Numbered from the stretch's first letter, positions 1 through 11,997 are shown. The stretch is DNA of 64,000 nt from an uncultured Acidimicrobiia bacterium (GCA_963786955.1 CAWBAT010000009.1:64001-128000), one strand, 5' to 3'. Made by a program: numbers and translations. Notes: a model not told the origin generated them from the sequence alone.

Positions 1-435
1 GAACACCCTGCGATTGCGCCAGAAGTTTTCGGCGTCTCCAAAATAGTGCTGCTCGTGAGCTGGCACAGCGATCGGAATGGAACGCTCCACCGCTTTGTAA
101 TCCCCTTGGCACTGGTCGCGATGATGATGGGTATGTAAAATCCAGTCTACTTGAGTAATCCCTAACTGCGGGAGATAATCGAGTATCTTGCCGGATCCAA
201 AGTCAATCAATAGGCCGTGATTGCCATCGCGAATGAGATACACATTGCACGTGTCTTCCAGGTAAAAGAGATTTTCCGACACCTTCTTCAGTTCCGCATT
301 CGGTGTGAATGAAGTCCTACGCTGTGATTCCTTCTTCGCTGCAGAGACAGTCCCTTGACTGAGCGAAACGCCTGCGGGGGCCATGGCGGCGACTCCCGCG
401 GATTTAATAAAACCACGTCGTGAAGTCTTGCTCAT
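1..435 (-). CDS. Tat-exported MBL-fold metallo-hydrolase (runs off the left edge of the window)
   Basis: Manual translation from ATG 435: MSKTSRRGFIKSAGVAAMA (twin-arginine signal), then NVYLI, LIDFG and ILHTHHHRDQ (HxHxD motif). SD AGGAGGG upstream. Not in the ORF track. Confidence 0.85.
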   Translation of the reverse strand, partial: MSKTSRRGFIKSAGVAAMAPAGVSLSQGTVSAAKKESQRRTSFTPNAELKKVSENLFYLEDTCNVYLIRDGNHGLLIDFGSGKILDYLPQLGITQVDWILHTHHHRDQCQGDYKAVERSIPIAVPAHEQHYFGDAENFWRNRRVF

Positions 436-778
436 CGAAACCCTCCTTCATTATGTCCTGTTAACATTGAGTGAAAATGAAGTGTGGAAAACAGCCTAGG
501 ACCCCAATTCCCGGGCATTCATCCGGAGCGGCAACAAGCGGGTAGATCCTTGAGGCGTCTTCATTGTTCCTCAAGGGAGACTGACCCGTTCTTTCGAGCC
601 TTCGACCTCCATAGGAGGATGTGAATAGATTTCAAAGCGCCAATTGCGAGCACATGACCGCCTTCCAGTTCGAAAAATGGCTTAAACCTAATGCACCAAG
701 TCTTACGTCCTGACCAAAGTTATCTTAATCTCTTGGGGGCTGTCGTGAAGTAGTCTTCAGAGGTCGATTCCCGTGTGC

Positions 779-1519
779 TCAACTAACATGCCTTCCGCCG
801 TCTACTCGAATGCACTCCCCGGTAATGAAATCTGTTTCGATGAGACTGATGACGGCTTTGGCAATTTCATCTTCTCCACCCCACCGCCCGAGCGGCGTTG
901 CTCTCTTAACTTCAGCATCTTCTTCCGGGGTTAAGCCGGGTGGCGCCAAAATGGGTCCGGGCGCTATGGCATTCACCAAGATGTGATACGGAGCCAATTC
1001 CAGCGCTAAACTTTCGGTTAAACCAATCACTCCCACCTTCGAAACGTAATACTCGACAAACCCCTTGTAACGGGGGCGGCCACTGGCCGCAATCCAATCC
1101 GCGAAATTGATGATGCGGCCCCCCCCTTGGGCGCGCATTGCTGGAAGGACTGCTTTGGCACACAAGTAGGCGCTCTTAAGATTGACACTGATATTCTCGT
1201 CCCAATCTGCCTCGCTGGTTTCCAGAAAGGGTTTCGACAAATAAACTGAAGCCATATTCACAAGTATGTCGATCCTGCCCATCTGAAGGAGAATTTCCTT
1301 CACCATGGATTGGGTATCTTGTGAGAGCGAGAGGTTGGCCTGTAAGGTCATTGCCCTTCGGCCTTTGTTCCCGATCAATTCGGCCGCCGCCACCGCTTCT
1401 TTTTTGGACCGGTTGTACGTCAAGACTACATCCGCGCCCTTTTCGGCCAGACGTAGACCGACAACACTTCCGATCCTCTTCGTCCCCGTAATCACCGCAA
1501 CTTTTCCTTGGATGTCCAT
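779..1519 (-). CDS. SDR family oxidoreductase, pteridine reductase/FolM-like
   Basis: TGTKRIG nucleotide-binding variant, YxxxK (YYVSK) and VNAIAPG. ATG at 1519 with GGAGG upstream. Confidence 0.85.
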   Translation of the reverse strand: MDIQGKVAVITGTKRIGSVVGLRLAEKGADVVLTYNRSKKEAVAAAELIGNKGRRAMTLQANLSLSQDTQSMVKEILLQMGRIDILVNMASVYLSKPFLETSEADWDENISVNLKSAYLCAKAVLPAMRAQGGGRIINFADWIAASGRPRYKGFVEYYVSKVGVIGLTESLALELAPYHILVNAIAPGPILAPPGLTPEEDAEVKRATPLGRWGGEDEIAKAVISLIETDFITGECIRVDGGRHVS

Positions 1520-1679
1520 AGAGCCTCCTCCTCTCACGTTCTCCTATTTAAGGGCGAATCCATTCGTGAATGATCAAAACTACCTTCGCTCCTACAATGA
1601 ATGGCTATGACGGACAGCAGTGTATCACGCTCGTTTCATTCCTGCTTTTTTTTGGAAATACCAAAATCTACTTGCTTAA

Positions 1680-3770
<2,091 letters not shown>

Positions 3771-3816
3771 ACAGAAGTCTTTGGTAAACTTGTAAGGTTT
3801 ACGAGGGGCAGATAAG

Positions 3817-3990
3817 ATGCTGCATAGAAGCCCACATCTAATGTATCTCCTGCAGTTTGAGAGCTTTCAAAACTCGATTCGGATGTTGCTGAATAAACTC
3901 AGTGAGAATCGGCTGACGCGATTGGCCTGTGCGCTTGGAGGGATCATTGTCCTCACCCTCATTTTCCGCTTCCTGGCCCGCAAGAAGTGA
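3817..3990 (+). CDS. 57-aa small membrane protein
   Basis: Manual ORF MLHRSPHLMYLLQFESFQNSIRMLLNKLSENRLTRLACALGGIIVLTLIFRFLARKK. SD GAGGGG upstream; C-terminal hydrophobic helix followed by RKK. Confidence 0.55.
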   Translation: MLHRSPHLMYLLQFESFQNSIRMLLNKLSENRLTRLACALGGIIVLTLIFRFLARKK

Positions 3991-4066
3991 ACTTCGAAGT
4001 CATCTTCCTTTAGCTGCGTACCCGAACGTCTCCGGTAGCCAAGGTGAGCGCTTTCAGCGAGCCGCC

Positions 4067-4115
4067 GGGTGGCGAAAACATGTGCTTTTTCATCTCTTCG
4101 AACAAAGTTGCCTGG
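4067..4115 (+). repeat. Degenerate copy of the GGGTGG-GAAGACATG hairpin repeat
   Basis: GGGTGGCGAAAACATG...CATCTCTTCGAACAAAGTTGCCTGG resembles the copies at 25540 and 28609. Confidence 0.65.
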
Positions 4116-4282
4116 GGTAGTCAACTTGAAGGCGTTTTGCGAGGCGTGGAGTATCCGCAAGCTCGGAAAATGCCCACGGCTTGGAGCAACCCGCCACACC
4201 TTGACGACCTGATGCGACTGTGTCAAACTCTCACTCGATAAGGCGCTATCCTAACTTTGGAGGTTCAACCACCACACACCGT

Positions 4283-5302
4283 ATGAAGAAAAGTGTTGCG
4301 TTTGAGCAGGGTGCAGAAGCCCTATTCGGGACTCTAGACGAAAACCTGCATTTTTTGGAGTCAGCTTTTGATGTTCGCCTTTCCCTTACGGAGAACAACC
4401 TCGTCATTGAAGGCGCCGATACTCATGTCGCCGTTATTGAACGCTTAGTCCTGGATTACAACCAAGTTCGCCAAGATGGAATACAATTCTCCAATGGCGA
4501 TCTGAAGTCTATCATCAAGATCCTTTCTGAAGATTCCTCGCTACGTTTACAAGATTGCTTTCCGGCCGCCAAAACTCGTGTCTGCGGTCGAAAAACCATC
4601 ACCCCTCGTGGTCTGAATCAAAGACGGTATCTCGATGCCATCGAGAAGTCTGACATGGTTTTTGGAATCGGGCCCGCCGGGACAGGCAAGACCTATCTTG
4701 CTGTCGCCATGGCAGTTGTTTTTTTTGCTGCCAAGCGGGTCAATCGCATCGTCCTGGCGAGACCCGCTGTAGAAGCCGGCGAGCGGCTGGGTTTTCTGCC
4801 TGGAAGTATTCAAGAAAAAGTGGACCCCTATCTCCGGCCTTTGTATGACGCGCTCTGGGACTTGCTTGACGTCGACAAAGTGGATCGACATTTGGAGCGT
4901 GGGACCATTGAAGTGGCCCCCCTCGCATTCATGCGCGGCCGCACCCTGAATGATGCCTTCGTGATTTTGGATGAGGCTCAAAATACCACTTCGGAACAAA
5001 TGAAAATGTTTCTGACTCGAATTGGCTTTAATTCGAAGGCGGTAATCACTGGGGATATTACCCAAACCGATCTTCCCCACGGCAAGACCTCTGGACTGAT
5101 TGAAGCTCGCAGCGTTGTCTCCAAGATTGAAGGAATCGATTTCGTGACCTTTACCGAGAAGGACGTCGTCCGAAACCCGCTGGTCCAACGCATCGTTCGT
5201 GCCTACGATGAATATGGTCGCGCTGCCTCTAGTCCTCTGAATTCTGCAGAGAAGCATACCAGTGGATCCCCTGCTCTTCCTGGAAAGATCGAGAACGCAT
5301 AA
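4283..5302 (+). CDS. phoH: PhoH family ATPase
   Basis: GPAGTGKT Walker A, RPAVEAGERLGFLPG and DEAQN. Lies upstream of ybeY. Confidence 0.95.
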   Translation: MKKSVAFEQGAEALFGTLDENLHFLESAFDVRLSLTENNLVIEGADTHVAVIERLVLDYNQVRQDGIQFSNGDLKSIIKILSEDSSLRLQDCFPAAKTRVCGRKTITPRGLNQRRYLDAIEKSDMVFGIGPAGTGKTYLAVAMAVVFFAAKRVNRIVLARPAVEAGERLGFLPGSIQEKVDPYLRPLYDALWDLLDVDKVDRHLERGTIEVAPLAFMRGRTLNDAFVILDEAQNTTSEQMKMFLTRIGFNSKAVITGDITQTDLPHGKTSGLIEARSVVSKIEGIDFVTFTEKDVVRNPLVQRIVRAYDEYGRAASSPLNSAEKHTSGSPALPGKIENA

Positions 5303-5319
5303 TTTCCCCGCACCGCTCC

Positions 5320-5763
5320 ATGACAACCATCCAACCCAACATCTTCAACCGGCAGCGCAAGCATGCCGTCTCAGTTCCCCGGCTTGAACAATTTAGCCGT
5401 AAACTGTGCCGGCACTTGAAATTGCCTCATTGTGACTTCACTCTCATTCTCTCGAACGACCGGAAGATTCGTCGGCTCAATCGGTTGTTCCGCCATAAAG
5501 ATCAACCCACAGATATCCTTACTTTCCCATCGTCCCCGACCGATTGGAAAGACGATCCATTTGAAAACCGGAGTTTGGGTGATATGATGGTCTCCGTTGA
5601 AACTGCCTACCGACAGGCTATCCGGCAAAGACACAGTCTCGAACGGGAGATTGACATCCTATTGATCCACGGAGTGCTCCATTTGCTAGGTTACGATCAT
5701 GAGAGGGACCAGGGGCAGATGCGCCGGAAAGAGCGGCGCCTGCAAAAACAACTTCTATGTTAA
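5320..5763 (+). CDS. ybeY: rRNA maturation RNase YbeY
   Basis: HGVLHLLGYDH motif. Confidence 0.96.
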   Translation: MTTIQPNIFNRQRKHAVSVPRLEQFSRKLCRHLKLPHCDFTLILSNDRKIRRLNRLFRHKDQPTDILTFPSSPTDWKDDPFENRSLGDMMVSVETAYRQAIRQRHSLEREIDILLIHGVLHLLGYDHERDQGQMRRKERRLQKQLLC

Positions 5764-7055
5764 CAACCATTGCCATCCTACTCACCCTCACGCTCCTGTC
5801 TCTTGTCACCTGTCTATCCCTTTTTGAGATGAGCCTCACACGGATCAGTAAAGTGACCGTACGGCGACTCCAGGAAAGGAGCAAGGCGCATGCCTTGGAG
5901 CAGCTCAAGGTTCTGGTTGAAAACCGGCTCGAAGGGTTGGTGTCCGTTTATGTGGGCGTCCAGTTATGCATGGTCACCTTTGCCATCCTCGTAACAGGAT
6001 ATCTGCATCGCTTGTACCAGAGCTACGCGATTGCCCTCCCGGCCGCGGTTGGCATTATGTTTATGGTCGTGGTTATCTTTCGCCAGTTGATCCCTCGGGT
6101 GTTCACCTTTAAGAAGCCCGAGCGGGTCCTCTTCCTGCTCCTTCCAGTCTATGAAGTCCTCAAACCTGCCTTGAATCTTCTGGCCTATCCGTTGTCTTCT
6201 AGTTTGCGGCTTTTTCAGCAATTCAATGTGGAAAACGAAGCGCCCAAGACAGAAGAACATATTGAAGAAGAAATCCAGGCCTACATCGATGTGGGGAAGG
6301 AGCAGGGGCTGCTTGAAAAGGGCGATGAGCAACTGATCCAGTCAGTCTTTGAATTTGGCGACAAAGTAGCGGGTGACATCATGACTCCGCGGACGGAGAT
6401 AGTCACCGTCGATATCGACGCCTCACTGGATAGGCTCAAAGCCATCATGATTGAGACCAAGTATTCCCGTCTGCCGGTCTTTCGTGAGCATGTCGAAAAT
6501 ATCGTAGGGATGGTCTATTTGAAGGACGTCATCGATGTTTGGGATGATCCTTCCGTGACTCTAACCCTGGAAAAACTCCTCAGACCCATTGAGTTTGTCC
6601 CTGAAACAAAGCGCCTGGCCGAATTGCTCTCGGATTTACAGCACAAGGCCTCTCACATTGCTATCGTGGTTGATGAATACGGAGGAGTGGCTGGACTCGT
6701 CACCATCGAAGATATCCTTGAAGAAATTACAGGGGAAATTCATGATGAAGATGAAGCCGCTGACATCGTTCAAATTTTGCAGGATAAAGACGGCAATTAC
6801 CTGGTCCCGGGCAGGATCCCGATACAGCAGGTAGAGGAAATGTTTCACCTCGACCTTCGGGATGTCGAACATGCTACCATCGCCGGATACGTGACATCGG
6901 TCTTTGGCAGAGTTCCTAAGAGGGGTGAGCACTGCGAATTGCAGGGTCTTCGCTTTGAGGTAAAAGAGGCGGATCGTCGCCGAATTCATAAGTTGTTGGT
7001 TCGACGTTCCACGGTTGCGTCTGAGGATAGTCCGCCTCGGCAAGCCGCGAAATAA
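5757..7055 (+). CDS. Hemolysin family/CNNM transporter (CBS pair, CorC_HlyC domain)
   Basis: N-terminal TM helices, IMTPR, YSRLPV and VVDEYGGVAGLVTIEDILEE. Confidence 0.93.
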   Translation: MLTTIAILLTLTLLSLVTCLSLFEMSLTRISKVTVRRLQERSKAHALEQLKVLVENRLEGLVSVYVGVQLCMVTFAILVTGYLHRLYQSYAIALPAAVGIMFMVVVIFRQLIPRVFTFKKPERVLFLLLPVYEVLKPALNLLAYPLSSSLRLFQQFNVENEAPKTEEHIEEEIQAYIDVGKEQGLLEKGDEQLIQSVFEFGDKVAGDIMTPRTEIVTVDIDASLDRLKAIMIETKYSRLPVFREHVENIVGMVYLKDVIDVWDDPSVTLTLEKLLRPIEFVPETKRLAELLSDLQHKASHIAIVVDEYGGVAGLVTIEDILEEITGEIHDEDEAADIVQILQDKDGNYLVPGRIPIQQVEEMFHLDLRDVEHATIAGYVTSVFGRVPKRGEHCELQGLRFEVKEADRRRIHKLLVRRSTVASEDSPPRQAAK

Positions 7056-7212
7056 TGATTTTTGTTTTGGGTCGGGGGGACGCCCGCAAAGGGAATGCAC
7101 CCATTAAAGTTTGTAGGAAAAAGTGCTCTCCGTCTGGCCAAAAAAGTGGGCGCGGGCAGCATAGAGCAGTTCATTGTTGTCTCATTGTGATAGTGTCCAA
7201 ATCATAAAACTC

Positions 7213-8103
7213 ATGTTCAAATCCGGTTTTGTCTCCATCATTGGGCGTCCTAATTCCGGCAAGTCCACCTTGCTCAATCAGCTTTTGGGCGAGAAAGTGT
7301 CGATTGTTTCTGATAAGCCCCAAACGACTCGTCACAACATTCTCGGAATTCAGACACTCAAAGAAGGACAAATCGTTTTCAAGGATACCCCGGGTATTCA
7401 CAAGCCGGAATTCGAATTGAATCGCCGAATGATGCAGTTGCTCTACGATGCGCTGGAAGGTGTTGACCTCTTGCTGGCGATCGTGGACGCCTCCACTACC
7501 TTTGGCGCCGGGGACCAGTTTGTGATTGAGCTGTTACAGAAACAAAAAATTCCAACTTTTCTGCTCTTGAATAAAGTGGATTTAGTTCAGAAGCAGAACC
7601 TGTTGCCGCTCATGTCCTTCTACTCGGGGAAATTTAACTTCGCCGAGATTGTTCCCATCTCCGCTTTGAAAAAAGAAAATTTGGATTTACTTCTCACGCT
7701 TATCTTGAAACACCTTCCAGAGGGTCCTCCCTATTTTCCCGAAGACCAATTTACTGACAAACACGAGCGATTTCTGGTTGGTGAACTGGTTCGCGAAAAG
7801 ATTTTGCATCACACTCGGGAAGAATTGCCGTTCTCCATTGCCGTTTTCGTCAATCGCTTCCAAGAGCGCGACGATCAGCTCGTTTTTCTTGCCTGCGACA
7901 TAGTTGTCGAGAGGCCTTCACAGCGGAAGATTGTCATTGGCAGTCACGGTCAACTGCTCAAGCAAATTGGAACCGAAGCCCGTACCGATATTGAGAAACT
8001 TCTTGGGAAGCGGGTCTATTTGGAACTCTTTGTTAAAGTCCAGCCCGACTGGCGGAATGACCCTAGGTTTCTCGACAGCATTGAAATCAATCGGTCAGTC
8101 TGA
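7213..8103 (+). CDS. era: GTPase Era
   Basis: GRPNSGKS, DTPG, NKVD and the KH domain (IVIGSHG). Confidence 0.97.
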   Translation: MFKSGFVSIIGRPNSGKSTLLNQLLGEKVSIVSDKPQTTRHNILGIQTLKEGQIVFKDTPGIHKPEFELNRRMMQLLYDALEGVDLLLAIVDASTTFGAGDQFVIELLQKQKIPTFLLLNKVDLVQKQNLLPLMSFYSGKFNFAEIVPISALKKENLDLLLTLILKHLPEGPPYFPEDQFTDKHERFLVGELVREKILHHTREELPFSIAVFVNRFQERDDQLVFLACDIVVERPSQRKIVIGSHGQLLKQIGTEARTDIEKLLGKRVYLELFVKVQPDWRNDPRFLDSIEINRSV

Positions 8104-8738
8104 TGAAGATTAATGAAATCTACAAGAGCATTCAGGGAGAGTCTACTTATGCCGGCTTGCCTTGTGTCTTTGTACGCCTCACCTACTGCAACCTGCGGTG
8201 CAGCTATTGCGACACGGCCTATGCCTTCTATGAAGGTCAGGAAATGAGTTTGGAGCAAGTGATCCAGGCAATTCGCGAATGCGATTGTTCCCTGGTCGAA
8301 ATTACCGGCGGCGAACCCTTGCTCCAAAAAGAAGTCTACCCATTGATGGACCGGTTAATCGCCGATGGTTTTTTGGTGTTGCTCGAGACCGGAGGGAGCC
8401 TTGATATCGGAGAAGTCCACCCGAGTGTCATCAAGATTATGGACCTGAAGTGTCCCAGCAGCGAGGAATCGCAAAAGAATTGCTATGACAATCTCCATAA
8501 ACTGCAGCCACACGACGAGATCAAATTTGTTATCGGAAATCGGGCAGACTACCTTTGGGCCCTAGACATTATTCGCAAGCATCATTTAGACGAAAAATAT
8601 CGAGTCCTTTTTTCCACCGTCTTTGCCACCCTGCAGCCAAGCGAGTTGGTGAACTGGATCTTAGAGGATAAACTGAACGTCCGGTTCCAACTTCAGATCC
8701 ACAAATACATATGGAACCCGGAGAAGCGCGGCGTTTGA
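8103..8738 (+). CDS. queE: 7-carboxy-7-deazaguanine synthase (radical SAM)
   Basis: SIQGE, CNLRCSYCDT, TGGEPL and QLQIHKYIW. Confidence 0.92.
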   Translation: MKINEIYKSIQGESTYAGLPCVFVRLTYCNLRCSYCDTAYAFYEGQEMSLEQVIQAIRECDCSLVEITGGEPLLQKEVYPLMDRLIADGFLVLLETGGSLDIGEVHPSVIKIMDLKCPSSEESQKNCYDNLHKLQPHDEIKFVIGNRADYLWALDIIRKHHLDEKYRVLFSTVFATLQPSELVNWILEDKLNVRFQLQIHKYIWNPEKRGV

Positions 8739-8818
8739 GATTGACGCAGCAATCTTTTTTCCTGTATTCTTAGTGCGTTGTAACTGAATTCAGTACGATC
8801 TTTAGCGAGGAATGGTTC

Positions 8819-9004
8819 ATGGCAGAGAAAAAAATCAGTAAGACGGCTCGCTCCAGCATGGGAGATAAAGGCTCCGCTTTTGCCGGCAAACCTTGCCCCG
8901 CCTGCAGCACGGCTATGGTGGCCACTAAAGTCATTAAATCTGAGGAGCGGCCGGGCGGAATGTATTGGATCTGCCCGAAGGACGACACACGCGTTAGGAT
9001 ATAA
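8819..9004 (+). CDS. Small zinc-ribbon-like protein (61 aa)
   Basis: CPAC...CPKD motifs; GAGGA SD upstream. Confidence 0.65.
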   Translation: MAEKKISKTARSSMGDKGSAFAGKPCPACSTAMVATKVIKSEERPGGMYWICPKDDTRVRI

Positions 9005-9015
9005 GAACTCGGTTC

Positions 9016-9196
9016 CCGCTCAAGCCAGTATCCCCCGGACATAGAAACCAATTCCCCTCACGAGACCTTTCCCTCAAGGGCACCCGAGGTCTTTTCCCCT
9101 GGTTTCACATTACGCTGTGACGCAAGGTGTGGTGACATCCCAACTCGTGGCGATTGACAGAGGCAGCTTCACCCCAAGTCCCGGTGAGTCAAGCGG
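9016..9196. ncRNA. Candidate structured non-coding RNA, family unassigned
   Basis: Several nested complementary segments in the gap between convergent genes (see findings). Strand uncertain. Confidence 0.4.
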
Positions 9197-9238
9197 CAGG
9201 CGCAAAGTGTTTTACTTTTGAACCCGGAACGACACGCC

Positions 9239-9694
9239 TCATTCTTCCTCCCCAAAATACCTCAACCATTCCTTTGTATTTCCGATGCTAAGATCCCGGT
9301 TCTCTTCGACCTTGCCGCCTCCGGACTCACGAATCATTCGGTTAAATTCGTGGCATTTAAGAGCCTTGACACCGCACGTTTTGGCATACCCATAGACGGC
9401 ATTGTCCGAGGAAATCACGCACAGATCTTTTCGGTCCTTTGAGGATTCTACCCGGCGACGGATGACTTCATCCGCATTGGATTGAGGTCCAGAGAATATG
9501 AGCTGGATTCGGGAAGTTTTACGTAGGGGGGCACTTCTCCCGTCGAAAACAACGATGGCTTTCCGATGGGTCGATTCCAGAAAAGATGAGACATAATCCA
9601 CCAAGAATTGACGGGTGTTGACCGACGGTTGACTGGCAACCGACTTGGTATGTCCAATAAGATTGTTCCCGTCGATTAGGTACATTGAATCCAT
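9239..9694 (-). CDS. NYN domain RNase, YacP/Rae1-like
   Basis: YLIDGNNL, VVFDG, ADEVI and VISSD acidic motifs. Confidence 0.85.
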   Translation of the reverse strand: MDSMYLIDGNNLIGHTKSVASQPSVNTRQFLVDYVSSFLESTHRKAIVVFDGRSAPLRKTSRIQLIFSGPQSNADEVIRRRVESSKDRKDLCVISSDNAVYGYAKTCGVKALKCHEFNRMIRESGGGKVEENRDLSIGNTKEWLRYFGEEE

Positions 9695-9699
9695 TGCAA

Positions 9700-10833
9700 T
9701 CAGTTGGATTGGACCTGCTGAATCACGCGATCATAAAAATCCTCATAGCGGACGATGATCTTATGCGCGCAGAAGCTTTCCTGGGCACGGTCTCGGGCGT
9801 TATTTCCCATTTGGTGGTGCAAGGAATCGCTCGATAATAGCTCGATCGCTTTTGCCGCCATTAAGTCCACATTCCGGGGGGGGACCAAAAACCCGTCAAG
9901 CCCATCGCGTACGACTTCCGGAATGCCTCCCACTGCAGAGGCAATGACCGGCACTTCACACGCCATGGCTTCCAGCGCCACCAACCCAAACGACTCCGTT
10001 TCGCTTGGTAACAGCATCAAATCGGAGATGGAAAGAATTTCAGAAATCGAATCTTGTTTTCCTAGGAAGTTAACCTTGCATCCCAAAGCCTTATTTCGTA
10101 CCAACCATTCGGCGCTCGATCGTTCTGGACCGTCTCCCACCATGATGAGCCGTGATGGAATTCTCCGTTGCACCTGATCAAATATCTCAATGACGTCCAT
10201 CACACGCTTTACCGGACGGAAATTGGAGATGTGCACCAGGATTCTTTCTCCGCTGGGTGCAAATTTTTCTCTCAATTCCTGGTTTCCCGACCTTTGGAAG
10301 ACATCACAGTTAACAAAATTGGGAATCATTTCAATGGAGTGTTTAATGTCAAACTCTCTGTAGGTCAGATCGCGCAAATAGACAGAGACTGCCGTCACTC
10401 CATTACTCTTCTCGATAGAAAATTTGGTAATGGGTAAATAAGAACGATCGTTCCCAACCAGGGTGATATCAGTCCCATGCAGAGTGGTAATCACGGGCAG
10501 CTTCAAAGGGAGGAGCATCTGCTTGGCCAGATAAGCGCTCACCGAATGCGGGATGGCATAGTGGACATGGAGCAGGTCGAGTTCATGATTTACTGCCACG
10601 TCCGCCATTTTGGTTGCCAAAGCCAAGGCATAGGGAGGATGCTCAAAAAGCGGATAATTTAACATTTCCACTTCATGGAAATAGATTTTCTCACTCGTAC
10701 TGTCGAGTTTGATGGGAATGGCATAGCTGATAAAATGAATTTCATGTCCTCGCCCTGCCAACTCTTTTCCGATTTCTGTAGCGACAACTCCGCTACCACC
10801 ATAGGTTGGGTAACAAGTGATTCCGATTCTCAC
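9700..10833 (-). CDS. bshA: N-acetyl-alpha-D-glucosaminyl L-malate synthase
   Basis: CYPTYGGSGVVATE, HVHYAIPH, TTLHGTDIT and HISNFRPVKR. Confidence 0.95.
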   Translation of the reverse strand: MRIGITCYPTYGGSGVVATEIGKELAGRGHEIHFISYAIPIKLDSTSEKIYFHEVEMLNYPLFEHPPYALALATKMADVAVNHELDLLHVHYAIPHSVSAYLAKQMLLPLKLPVITTLHGTDITLVGNDRSYLPITKFSIEKSNGVTAVSVYLRDLTYREFDIKHSIEMIPNFVNCDVFQRSGNQELREKFAPSGERILVHISNFRPVKRVMDVIEIFDQVQRRIPSRLIMVGDGPERSSAEWLVRNKALGCKVNFLGKQDSISEILSISDLMLLPSETESFGLVALEAMACEVPVIASAVGGIPEVVRDGLDGFLVPPRNVDLMAAKAIELLSSDSLHHQMGNNARDRAQESFCAHKIIVRYEDFYDRVIQQVQSN

Positions 10834-11549
10834 TTTTTTCCCCCTTTGCCAAAAAATTCAACAGGGTCCGGGATGCCTATGGGATCCTTGCAATAAAAGC
10901 CTTCGGCGTATTCGGCCTGAATCAATTTTCCATAGTATCGATCCACGCTCTCATGCGCGGAAAGAAACTGAGGAACACTTAAGTAAGTCTCCGGTTCCCT
11001 CGAATTCGGATCATAGAGTTGCGACTTGAAGCAGCGGACGGCTTCCATTTTCCGTGTATACTGCGCACTGACATCGACATAAAACGAAGGTTGAACGGGG
11101 TACGGCAGCTGAAAGTAAAAGATCTTGCCAGGTCGAAACCGCTCCTGCCCTGTTTTGATCTTGGCCAATCCGGCAAGGTAACAGGCTTGGGTAACGATCC
11201 TGCTGGTATAGACGTGGTCCGGATGCTTGTCGTCCCAGTAGTGCGTGAAAACTAACCCAGGCCGGTATTTCCTCAAAACTTTGACCACGCGCAGTCGTGC
11301 ATCTGGTGTATCAAAGATTTGCCCGTCTTTCAGCCGGAGGTTTTCTCGGACAACAATTCCCAGCACCTTGGCGGAGGCCGCGGCCTCCCGCGCGCGTAAT
11401 TGTGGAGTCCCCCGACTTCCCAATTCACCCCGGACCATATCCACGACACCCGTTTTGTGCCCCAGGGCGGCAAGTTTGATTAACGTCCCCCCTACATATA
11501 ATTCAATGTCATCGGGATGCGCACCGATGGCAATCGCATCAAGCTTCAT
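10830..11549 (-). CDS. bshB1: Bacillithiol biosynthesis deacetylase (PIG-L family)
   Basis: AHPDDIEL and HPDH motifs; overlaps the bshA start. Confidence 0.9.
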   Translation of the reverse strand: MKLDAIAIGAHPDDIELYVGGTLIKLAALGHKTGVVDMVRGELGSRGTPQLRAREAAASAKVLGIVVRENLRLKDGQIFDTPDARLRVVKVLRKYRPGLVFTHYWDDKHPDHVYTSRIVTQACYLAGLAKIKTGQERFRPGKIFYFQLPYPVQPSFYVDVSAQYTRKMEAVRCFKSQLYDPNSREPETYLSVPQFLSAHESVDRYYGKLIQAEYAEGFYCKDPIGIPDPVEFFGKGGKK

Positions 11550-11997
11550 CAAGGCTCTTTCCTTTCCAAGGACCAATGGTGATCTGGCGAACGTTCTCTC
11601 CACCGCTCAAGATTCTGACGTGGACGGCATCGTTGATTTTCATCTCGGCCAACTTTTCAGCCCATTCCACGATAATGACAGCTGGTTCCTCGAAAAGATC
11701 TTCTAACTCCAAGGTCGTGATCTCTTCCAGTCCTTCCAAGCGATAAAGATCGATATGATACACCTTGAATTTTTGGGTGTATTCATTAATCAGAGTAAAA
11801 GATGGACTGGGAACATCATCCGGGTCCGCTTGGCCCAATCCGCAAATCATGCCCTTGGCGAAGACGGTCTTTCCAGCGCCCAGGTCTCCTTCCAGGAAAA
11901 ACTTGGCAGGGGTCTCTAGTAAGCGGCCTATGGAATGCGCCAATTCGAAGGTTTCTTGTGAGTTATGGGTGAGGAATTGCCCGCATGGAATGGACAT
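11539..11997 (-). CDS. tsaE: t6A biosynthesis ATPase
   Basis: GDLGAGKT, SPSFTL, HIDLYRL and VEW. Confidence 0.96.
   Translation of the reverse strand: MSIPCGQFLTHNSQETFELAHSIGRLLETPAKFFLEGDLGAGKTVFAKGMICGLGQADPDDVPSPSFTLINEYTQKFKVYHIDLYRLEGLEEITTLELEDLFEEPAVIIVEWAEKLAEMKINDAVHVRILSGGENVRQITIGPWKGKSLDEA

Noticed and set aside
4547-5326. Long antisense ORFs (here and opposite the kinase, sulfatase, smc and groEL)
   Set aside because: They are shadow frames of well-supported genes and show no recognisable motifs.
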